A DNA stretch of 35,699 nucleotides from IMG/VR virus record IMGVR_UViG_3300036856_000021, positions 1-35,699 of that record, one strand, 5' to 3'. Both the position numbers and the translations under genes were made by a program. Shown here in pieces: positions 7,695 through 14,818 of the stretch (positions are counted from its first letter, which is position 1; each line of letters begins with the position of its first letter). The notes under the pieces are model-generated. The model made no database searches. It had not been told where the DNA came from and was given only the letters and a program-made list of their open reading frames with translations. The DNA is from a virus. Lineage: Duplodnaviria > Caudoviricetes.

Positions 7695-8963
7695 TTAGGT
7701 GGCAAGCGGTGCGTGCTCTCTTTTATTCTCGCAGGTCGGGCCATGAGACACGATACTGACGGGTCCGATGTCTTCCTCGATGGCGTTGAGTAGCCAGTTT
7801 TCGCTACCGCTTCGCAACACCGGGTGTACCTTGGCCAGCGTCTCGGTGATGTGCGTCTGGAACATCAGGTCACCGCGCCGCCCCAGTGGGATCTTCGGCA
7901 GGTCGTCATACTTCTCGCAGTAGCGCCCGGGATAGTTGTCCAGGTGGGTCACCACCACGCGATCCACGCCTCCGCAGACGGTCACGGCGTAGCGGTGCGC
8001 CACCAAGTCGAACCAACCCACACGGAAGTGTCCTTGCCAGGGTCCGGTGGCGTTGTCGGGCTCGATCCAGTTCTTGGTCAACCCCTCCGACTCAGTCGGG
8101 TGCGGTCCCGCGCCGTGCCGGGTGGTCACGGCGCGCAGTATCCCGTACCGGATTGCCTCCTCCTGCCTGCCGACCTCCCTCAGTAGCGTCAGGGCGTTTT
8201 CATGCGTGGTGGTCGACCAGGTGGTGAAGGGGTGGAAGCCATACCACTCATCAAGCAGTACGCCCTGGGCGCCCTCGAAGATGGTGTGGTCGTGCTCCTC
8301 GATCAGGACGCGCAAATAGTTGGACGGCGCGATGGTGATTTTCTGCGACCAGTCGCGGTACCTATCCGTCAGGTACTTGCTCAGGTCGCTGTCCATCATC
8401 ACTGACCAGTGTGGACTGGTGCTGGCCAGGTGGCGGTGGGCCGTGACCATCTCGTGGCGCATTGCCTCCAGGCGCGGCCAGAACCCCGGGTCCAGGATGT
8501 CTTTGACGCGCGGCGTCATGCTGTGGGGCTGGTCTATGGACCAGCTCATCGCCACACCAATGCCCTGGCCGCAACTACCGTGGCGGCTATCCCCCCGCGT
8601 CTCCTCCTGCAGGCGGTTGAGCGCGACATGCCATGGCGTGATGAGCATGGCGTTTTCATCCACAAAGGCGCGGTCCCAGATGTCCGTCAGTCCCAGGTCG
8701 ATGAGGTGGTCGGCCTCTCGCACCATGTTGAGCGGGTTGACCAGCATAAAGCGGGACAGGAAGGTCTTGGCGCCGGCGAAGCTCCCCGCGCCGAACTGCG
8801 CGAAGCAGTGTCGCCGTCTATCAGGCGTGACGACGTTGTGCCCGGCTTGCGGCCCACCGTTGTGGCGCACCACCACGGCGCTACCCTGCCGGGCCAGGTA
8901 ATCGGTGGTGGTGCCCTTGCCACAGTCGCCGTAGCCCAGGTCGGTGATGATGGAAATGGTCAT
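7695..8963 (-). CDS. Divergent adenylosuccinate synthetase (PurA)-like enzyme
   Basis: Motifs GYGDCGKG, GGPQAGHN, HGSCGQGIG, FEGAQGVLLD, TTRHGAGP, RVGWFD, THLD and VSHGP are collinear with PurA. The aspartate-binding loop is altered. Confidence 0.9.
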   Translation of the reverse strand: MTISIITDLGYGDCGKGTTTDYLARQGSAVVVRHNGGPQAGHNVVTPDRRRHCFAQFGAGSFAGAKTFLSRFMLVNPLNMVREADHLIDLGLTDIWDRAFVDENAMLITPWHVALNRLQEETRGDSRHGSCGQGIGVAMSWSIDQPHSMTPRVKDILDPGFWPRLEAMRHEMVTAHRHLASTSPHWSVMMDSDLSKYLTDRYRDWSQKITIAPSNYLRVLIEEHDHTIFEGAQGVLLDEWYGFHPFTTWSTTTHENALTLLREVGRQEEAIRYGILRAVTTRHGAGPHPTESEGLTKNWIEPDNATGPWQGHFRVGWFDLVAHRYAVTVCGGVDRVVVTHLDNYPGRYCEKYDDLPKIPLGRRGDLMFQTHITETLAKVHPVLRSGSENWLLNAIEEDIGPVSIVSHGPTCENKREHAPLAT

Positions 8964-9109
8964 GAGCCCCTGCTGAAGTCGGCGAGAATCTCTGCAAGCT
9001 TCATGTCCAGCTCCTCAATCTGCCCCTCGGTCCAGCCGCGGTCGCGTAGGTCCTCATGTAAACGATCCTTGATGTACTGCGTCACCTCTGCTTGCTTAAC
9101 CGGGTCCAC
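8960..9109 (-). CDS. Small helical hypothetical protein (49 aa)
   Basis: Read manually: MDPVKQAEVTQYIKDRLHEDLRDRGWTEGQIEELDMKLAEILADFSRGS. Overlaps both neighbours by 1-4 nt. Confidence 0.7.
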   Translation of the reverse strand: MDPVKQAEVTQYIKDRLHEDLRDRGWTEGQIEELDMKLAEILADFSRGS

Positions 9110-9309
9110 TAGACCAGCCCCCGTTGGTCCTTAAGCCGCCTGAGGGTAGCGACGTCATCATCAATGCTGCTTGTCATCGGTCGCTGACAGAAGTCGCACA
9201 GCACCCCCGGTGGCAGGACATGCGCCACCCTAATCTCACCAGGGTGAACGCTGTCCTGTGCACACGCATGAGAGCAGTAGAAGTGATCCTTGATCCGCCA
9301 GGCTTTCAC
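9109..9309 (-). CDS. Small Cys-rich (zinc-binding) protein
   Basis: Contains YCSHAC...CDFC; GTGA overlap with the upstream stop. Confidence 0.65.
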   Translation of the reverse strand: MKAWRIKDHFYCSHACAQDSVHPGEIRVAHVLPPGVLCDFCQRPMTSSIDDDVATLRRLKDQRGLV

Positions 9310-9512
9310 GTCACACACTCAGGACAGATATGACGGTCGCCGTCAATCTGCCATCCGTTCTCGCGGATGACGTGCTCTACCCTGGCGGGGTCATGGAGTG
9401 AGTCCCAACCGTGTAGCCCGTGTGCGATGTACTGCGTCCCGCATTTGTCGCACTGAATCTTTGGGGTCCACAGGTTGAGGAAATGGTCGATACCCGCGAC
9501 TACTGCTCTCAT
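9306..9512 (-). CDS. Small zinc-ribbon protein
   Basis: Contains CDKCG...GW...HICPEC; GGAGG RBS before the ATG at 9512. Confidence 0.75.
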   Translation of the reverse strand: MRAVVAGIDHFLNLWTPKIQCDKCGTQYIAHGLHGWDSLHDPARVEHVIRENGWQIDGDRHICPECVT

Positions 9513-9522
9513 GCGTCCTCCG

Positions 9523-9789
9523 TTACAACCGGTAGGGCTCAATGGTGTCCCGGCGACTGGGTGAGCGCCAGCCGCCGGGAACACTGTTGGCTGGCCATCG
9601 CCATTGTCCAGGCTTCCACTGTCGCGGTATCCACCTCACCTGACAGCTACACACGAAGTACGGCTGGCCGTCGAACATGGTGCCCAGGACGAAGTGGTGA
9701 CCTTTGACATGGTCGTGCCACCACCGACGCATCACCACGCGGGGAGGGGTCGGTGGTGGTGCCTTCGGCCAACTGACAGGGTCATTCAC
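9523..9789 (-). CDS. Small Trp/Pro-rich hypothetical protein
   Basis: ATGA overlap with the vWA stop; contains HH...CSC. Confidence 0.55.
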   Translation of the reverse strand: MNDPVSWPKAPPPTPPRVVMRRWWHDHVKGHHFVLGTMFDGQPYFVCSCQVRWIPRQWKPGQWRWPANSVPGGWRSPSRRDTIEPYRL

Positions 9790-10814
9790 AGCCGTGCTGC
9801 CCCACCGTCACCGGCAACGTCCAGCTCACCCTCAACCTTGGCGACCACGCCGCCCCCGCCGCCGCCGACTGTGGCAAGCGTCTTGCTGGTGGATTGGACC
9901 GCTGCGGGATCAAAGCCAGCATCCTGCAACAGACCCGCCAAGTCCTCATCGTCCACCCCGGCTTCCAGCTTGGCCAGCAGGCCCGCAATGAACTCGCAGA
10001 CGTTGTTGGGGTCTTCGAGGACCAGCGCGTTCTCGTTGAGCAGTTCCTTCCATGGCGCCAGGACGCGGTCCTTGTCGCCGTTGCGCCCGTACATCCCCTG
10101 CATCTGGAACAGGTAGTAGACGTTGTACTGCTCCTGCAGCTTGTCGAAGACGTCCTTGGTCGGGATGTCGGCTTCAAGCTCGTCACCGATGTGCGCCTTG
10201 ACGTGGTGTCGCTCCACCCGGGGGTACGGCTTCTCGTCGCCGATGAAGATGGCGTATCCCTTGCGGTCCTGCTTGGCCACCGTCTCCAGGTTCGTGTGGT
10301 GCGCCAGGAAATACGCCGCCAGCTCATAGGTCTCCATGCCCTGTCCGCCGCCACCGTCTTCCAGATACATGTTCTTGACCATGTCGTCGATGCGGTTGTC
10401 GGACTCAAAGTTCCCCACCTGCAACGGCACCCGGTCGCTGTTGGCATCCCCGGTGGCGCCGATGAGCACCTGCGGGTCACTGATGCCGCCGATGCGCTGG
10501 AGCGCGCCGAACAGCTGCGGCAACTTGGCGTGCACCGCCTTGGCGGCGGCACTGTTGCTGGCCGTGACGTCGAGGATGATCGCCACCGGCGTCGGGCTGG
10601 GGTGCTCATCCGTCACACACACCTCGCGCATGATCTGGCCGGCGAAGGGACTGGCGTCGGTTGCCACCTTCTTGGGGTCCAGCAGCTCGTGTGCCCCGGC
10701 GGCAATGCTGCCGCTGTTGATCAGGCTGGTGTGTTGAAACGTCTGCCGCCCTGCCGCCTTGTCGGCTTGCACACGCGCACCGTAGTCGTAGCTATTCCAA
10801 TTTCCGCCGCCCAT
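9786..10814 (-). CDS. von Willebrand factor A (vWA) domain protein
   Basis: MIDAS-like IILDVTAS, then GGGGQGMETYELA and IFIGDEKPY. Starts MGGGNW after an AAAGGAGAG RBS. Confidence 0.85.
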   Translation of the reverse strand: MGGGNWNSYDYGARVQADKAAGRQTFQHTSLINSGSIAAGAHELLDPKKVATDASPFAGQIMREVCVTDEHPSPTPVAIILDVTASNSAAAKAVHAKLPQLFGALQRIGGISDPQVLIGATGDANSDRVPLQVGNFESDNRIDDMVKNMYLEDGGGGQGMETYELAAYFLAHHTNLETVAKQDRKGYAIFIGDEKPYPRVERHHVKAHIGDELEADIPTKDVFDKLQEQYNVYYLFQMQGMYGRNGDKDRVLAPWKELLNENALVLEDPNNVCEFIAGLLAKLEAGVDDEDLAGLLQDAGFDPAAVQSTSKTLATVGGGGGGVVAKVEGELDVAGDGGAARL

Positions 10815-10827
10815 TATCTCTCCTTTC

Positions 10828-11991
10828 CTACGCCGTGCCGCTGTTCGGCATGACAAGTTCGATGTAGGTCCGCTGGCCACTGAGAGTGGTGAACGGCGGA
10901 CCCAGCCGCTTGAGCAGTTCGTCGAATTCCTTGAGCAGCTTCCACGCGCTCTGTGGCCGCATCTCCTGCTTGACCTGTAGGCAGCCCTGGAAATAGGCCC
11001 GCATGGGTCCTGGGCTCAGCGCATAGTTCTTGGCGCGCCAGATGGCGTAGTAACTGCCGTCGCGCTCAATGACGTCAGCGCCCATGAGGTAGATGAGCGT
11101 CCGCGCGGCCTGGAAGAGGTCAGTGGCTGGGGACGGCGCTTCCTTATTGAGGACTTCCTGCGGGTACCAGTCTTTGTGGAGTCCGTCGTGACGGAACATC
11201 GGCACCACCGCTTTGATCGGTGGGTAGGCGTCGGCCTTGATGCTGGCGTAGCACCAGTCGACCAGCAGGACGTAGTGGAACTTGGGGTGGATGAGCACGT
11301 GGGTCGGGACCACCGCGCCGTGGACAATACCCAGGTCATGTGTCCGCCCCAGCGCCATGAGCAACCGGCGCCAGACCCACGCGGCGTGCACCATCTCCAG
11401 GCCGTCAAACGCCTCCTTGACCTCACGTAAGTCGTAGCAATCCTCCACGCGCACGATGACGTTCGCCTGTCGGCGGGTCTTGTCGGCTTGTGGCGCATAT
11501 ATAAAGGTGTCGACCAAGGCGGGAAAATGCCTGTTCAGCAGATTGTCTTCCTTGTGCAGGAGCTTGAGCGCCTTGGCTTCAGTCTTGAGAAGCTCTCCGT
11601 CCCTGGGGTTCTTCGCGATCTTGATGAACGTCGCGCCACCACTGCCCGAGCTGGTGGCACCCCACAGACTGCAGATGTCGCCACTGCCGAGGGAGCAGTC
11701 GACCTTATGCACCGCCTTGCGACCCCTGATAATGGAGTCCACTGTGGCGTCACCGAACTTGCCTTCATCCAGCTTCTGTTCTGCCTGCGCGTTGAGCGCA
11801 TTGAGACGAGTAAAAACGTCGGCGGCCAGCCGCTCTTCCTCACCGCTGTAGCGGTCAGGGTGGGCCACGCGAGCCAGCTTGCGGTACATCGCTTTGACCT
11901 GAGCCGCGGTGGTGGTGGGGTCTTTGCCGAAGATGTCGCGGTAGTCCAGCGCCTTCTTCAATCGGTCGGCCAATGCCTGCAACTCAGTCAT
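10828..11991 (-). CDS. J-domain (HPD) fused to a Ser/Thr kinase-like domain, likely a pseudokinase
   Basis: J-domain YRKLARVAHPDRY. Kinase elements LGSGD, FIKIAK, E..AL, GIVHGAVVPTHVLI, LVDWCYA, YPQE and ATDLF. ATG at 11991 follows AGGGAG. Confidence 0.85.
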   Translation of the reverse strand: MTELQALADRLKKALDYRDIFGKDPTTTAAQVKAMYRKLARVAHPDRYSGEEERLAADVFTRLNALNAQAEQKLDEGKFGDATVDSIIRGRKAVHKVDCSLGSGDICSLWGATSSGSGGATFIKIAKNPRDGELLKTEAKALKLLHKEDNLLNRHFPALVDTFIYAPQADKTRRQANVIVRVEDCYDLREVKEAFDGLEMVHAAWVWRRLLMALGRTHDLGIVHGAVVPTHVLIHPKFHYVLLVDWCYASIKADAYPPIKAVVPMFRHDGLHKDWYPQEVLNKEAPSPATDLFQAARTLIYLMGADVIERDGSYYAIWRAKNYALSPGPMRAYFQGCLQVKQEMRPQSAWKLLKEFDELLKRLGPPFTTLSGQRTYIELVMPNSGTA

Positions 11992-12032
11992 TCGTCTCCC
12001 TGCACCGGTGGTGGCCTGTTGCCACCGTCCCA

Positions 12033-12059
12033 ATTATATAGTACCCGACTGGCTTTTAC
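12033..12059 (-). promoter_or_regulatory. Leftward promoter, copy 4 (head of the accessory block)
   Basis: Minus strand reads GTAAAAGCCAG-TCGGGTACTA-TATAAT, with the same GCCAG-to-TATAAT spacing. The downstream TGGGACGGTGGCAA resembles copy 1 (TGGACACGGCGGCAA). Confidence 0.7.
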
Positions 12060-12063
12060 TGTA

Positions 12064-12086
12064 GTTTTCGACTGTAAGTCGAAAAC
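12064..12086. promoter_or_regulatory. Perfect palindrome, candidate operator in the divergent intergenic region
   Basis: GTTTTCGACT-GTA-AGTCGAAAAC, with 10-bp arms and a 3-bp spacer. Confidence 0.5.
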
Positions 12087-12259
12087 CTGGTACGGCTTAC
12101 ATTACACCAACTGCCATGGGGGGCAAAAGGGTGGCGTTGGCGCGAAAAAGGCCATCTCGTTGTTACCCTCTGCTTATGGCAATAGGTCGTAAATCATCGC
12201 GCCTGATACAGGCGACAGAGGGCTATAACGGTCGCCTCTCTCCACCTCCTGAGGGCGGG

Positions 12260-12886
12260 ATGTACGTTCGGGACCCCAAGGCGGCGCGGGCCGCTGCGAT
12301 CCGGCGTCAGGTGCAGGCGTTCAAGAACAGCGGCGAAGAGATGCCGCAACACCTGAAGGACTTGCTGGCCGACATTGATGGCGACGCCAAGGATGAGACC
12401 GTCGATCTGGTCGACCACGTCACGGGCCAGGTGCTGGCAGAGGTTGAGGTCAGCAAGACGCCACCTGTGCACCGCAGCCCCACCTACAGCAGTGACCTCC
12501 AGCAGGCACGGGAAGACGCAGAGGCCGGCCAAGGCATCCCGGGCCCCACGGGTAGTGAGCTTGAAGGACTGGTTGACCCGATGGAGTTGCAGCAGCTTGC
12601 TGAGGTCGCAGAAGAGGTTAACGCAGCGCCTGCCCCAGAACCAGAACCGGAGCCTGAGCCAGTGGTAGAAGCAGCACCAGAACCACCGGTGGAGGACATC
12701 CCGGTGGAGACGCCGGAAGAGAAGGCGCTCGAGCCCGAGGTTCCAGAGGAAAAGGCTGTGGAGCCCGAGACCCCTGAGGTCAGTGAGCCTAAGCCCGAGA
12801 CCCCGGCGATCAAGCCTGAGGCAGAGGACAAGTACCAACCCGGCCCACTGCCAAGGAAGCGTGCTCCGCGCCGGCGCACCACCTAA
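12260..12886 (+). CDS. Pro/Glu-rich low-complexity protein preceding the head-to-tail adaptor
   Basis: ATG at 12260 after GAGGG. PE-rich tract and basic C-terminus. Confidence 0.7.
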   Translation: MYVRDPKAARAAAIRRQVQAFKNSGEEMPQHLKDLLADIDGDAKDETVDLVDHVTGQVLAEVEVSKTPPVHRSPTYSSDLQQAREDAEAGQGIPGPTGSELEGLVDPMELQQLAEVAEEVNAAPAPEPEPEPEPVVEAAPEPPVEDIPVETPEEKALEPEVPEEKAVEPETPEVSEPKPETPAIKPEAEDKYQPGPLPRKRAPRRRTT

Positions 12887-12900
12887 CGGAGGAGGCTGAT

Positions 12901-13521
12901 GTGTCCAGCCCTCTGGTCACCAGCGATGACGACGACTGGGCCTCGTTCACCAGCCTAGAGCCGGATTGGTTCCTGAACGCGGCCAGTCGCGCGGTGCAGA
13001 AGTATTGCGGGTGGCACATCTCCCCGAATCGCTCGGAGACCATCGGCAACCTTCGGGTCGGCGCGCAGAACCTCATCATGCTTCCCAGCCGGTATGTCAC
13101 GGCGGTCAGCCAGCTCATCGTTCTCACGGGTGAGGATGCGGACGCGAACACCGGCTGTCTGGTGAGCAAGAACAACTACGAATGGCACGCCGATGGCTGG
13201 ATACAGCGCAAGGGATTTGCATTCTGGGCTGATTGGTTCCAGGGGGGATATTACTACGGATCTGACCCCTATTACCTTCCCGTCAGCGAACCTGGTTGGG
13301 CGCAATGCACTTTTACTCATGGCTACCAGGACGTGCCGCCTGACGTGAAGCAAGTGATCTTCGAGCTCGCACAAAGTTCGATGCAGATGACGTCGGGAAA
13401 CATCAAGCAGGTGACGGCCCCGAACGAGTTTCGCCTGATGCCGAGCCAAAACTTTGGTCTGACGCTTAACCCTGAGCAAAAAAACCGGCTCGCAAACTAC
13501 AAACTTGGGTGGACATCGTGA
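12901..13521 (+). CDS. Head-to-tail adaptor
   Basis: AASRAVQKYCGWHISP, LPSRYVTAV and FTHGY..VPPDV are typical of actinophage adaptors; GGAGGAGG RBS. Confidence 0.85.
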   Translation: MSSPLVTSDDDDWASFTSLEPDWFLNAASRAVQKYCGWHISPNRSETIGNLRVGAQNLIMLPSRYVTAVSQLIVLTGEDADANTGCLVSKNNYEWHADGWIQRKGFAFWADWFQGGYYYGSDPYYLPVSEPGWAQCTFTHGYQDVPPDVKQVIFELAQSSMQMTSGNIKQVTAPNEFRLMPSQNFGLTLNPEQKNRLANYKLGWTS

Positions 13522-13625
13522 GCGGGGCGACGCCGCTTATAATTTTGCTACCGGCTAGGCTGTTGACGCCGCCCGCCAATAAACCTGCCACCAGCCCAGC
13601 TACTTCGCAAGGGTAAGGGACCGCC

Positions 13626-13946
13626 TTGTCATACATCGGGTCGCCTCCCTCCGTCTTCACGATTCCCGTCACTCTCGGCGCAGACCGCGTGTTCACCGTC
13701 GAGCGCGTCGACGCTGATAACAATCCCGTGAATTGGTCCGCCACCGTCCAGATCGCCATTGACATCAACAAGACCAGCCCCACTGTCGTTGATGCCGTCG
13801 TCACCGGGAACCAAGCCGCCGTGACCATTCCCAGCACTGTGTGTGATCAGGTGAAGAATGCGACGAACTGGCGATTGACCATGACAGCCGCCGGGGTCAC
13901 GACGGCACTCGCAGTCGGTGGCTTTGAGCGTGATGATGGTGCCTAA
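13626..13946 (+). CDS. Small beta-sandwich virion protein (LtfC-like)
   Basis: All-beta pattern IGSPP..FTIPVTLGAD...GGFERDD resembles small actinophage fibre-associated proteins. Confidence 0.55.
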   Translation: MSYIGSPPSVFTIPVTLGADRVFTVERVDADNNPVNWSATVQIAIDINKTSPTVVDAVVTGNQAAVTIPSTVCDQVKNATNWRLTMTAAGVTTALAVGGFERDDGA

Positions 13947-14464
13947 TGACGTCGCCGGATTACTTCACACTCTTCCTTGACGATCAGGCCGTCGACTTCG
14001 AGGTCCCTAACACTCCGACCCTGACCGTCGCCACCGGCTCTCCCACCGATGTCATCACCACCATCGTGGAGGACGACCAGGCCATCTCGCTCTCCGTCGA
14101 CTACCCCACGGTTGACGTCACGACGCTGAGTGAGCCCTTCGCCGTCGTCACCCTGGAAGGGCCAGCGGGTGTCCAGGGCATCCAAGGTGAGCAGGGAATC
14201 CAAGGGCTGCAAGGACTCCCGGGCGCTGATGGCACCGGGACGCGCGTCACGGGTGAGGAGCCGTCTGGTACGAAGAACGGGACAAACCCCGTCTTCACCC
14301 TGGCTAACTCGTACCAGCTCAACTCCACCGCGGTGTATCGCAACGGGCTGCGCGAGATGCAGAACGTCGGATACGTTGAAACCGCGCCGAACGAGATCAC
14401 GTTCTCCGACGCTCCGCTAGTGGATGATGACATTATGTGCGACTACCTCGTTCTACCGGAGTAG
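13946..14464 (+). CDS. Collagen-like fibre protein with a C-terminal beta-sandwich domain
   Basis: About eight G-X-Y triplets (GPAGVQGIQGEQGIQGLQGLPGAD), then E.PSG..NG.N..FTLA...YRNG...ITFSDAP. Confidence 0.75.
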   Translation: MTSPDYFTLFLDDQAVDFEVPNTPTLTVATGSPTDVITTIVEDDQAISLSVDYPTVDVTTLSEPFAVVTLEGPAGVQGIQGEQGIQGLQGLPGADGTGTRVTGEEPSGTKNGTNPVFTLANSYQLNSTAVYRNGLREMQNVGYVETAPNEITFSDAPLVDDDIMCDYLVLPE

Positions 14465-14467
14465 CCC

Positions 14468-14818
14468 ATGCCGACATTGACGATGCTTGACGAAGCGATG
14501 GACGAAATGGGCCTGAAGTACGGTCCATGCTGGGTCACTCTCCTGGACGAGGAGGGCAACGAACTCTCCGTCGTCCGCAAGGTCGCCAAGCTCATCCAGC
14601 AGACGCCGGTGAATGTGACGTGGGAGCCGGTGTTCATGCTGGTCCCTGCCCGGTATGCGGTGGGCGCAGACCGCCGGCGCCCGCGCACCGTCTTTGTCGC
14701 CGCCGCGGGTACTCCGTGCGGCAAGCCCGCCACCTTGGGTGCAGTCCAGGCGCGACCGGAGGAACTGATCACCATCATGCCGCGCGTATCCGTGTCACCT
14801 GAAGGAGCCCAGCCGTGA
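14468..14818 (+). CDS. Hypothetical virion-associated protein
   Basis: Coupled ORF inside the fibre cassette. Confidence 0.6.
   Translation: MPTLTMLDEAMDEMGLKYGPCWVTLLDEEGNELSVVRKVAKLIQQTPVNVTWEPVFMLVPARYAVGADRRRPRTVFVAAAGTPCGKPATLGAVQARPEELITIMPRVSVSPEGAQP

Noticed and set aside
3673-8963. Z-genome (2-aminoadenine) pathway: PurZ plus a DatZ-like HD enzyme
   Set aside because: The synthetase keeps Asp in GDxGKG, where PurZ has Ser. The HD protein has RelA/SpoT-type motifs rather than looking like a dATPase. No MazZ-like or polymerase gene is visible in the window.
59-12192. Numerous plus-strand ORFs over the left arm (e.g. 59-838, 8409-9134, 9894-10853)
   Set aside because: They are antisense shadows of well-supported minus-strand genes in high-GC DNA, with no recognisable motifs.
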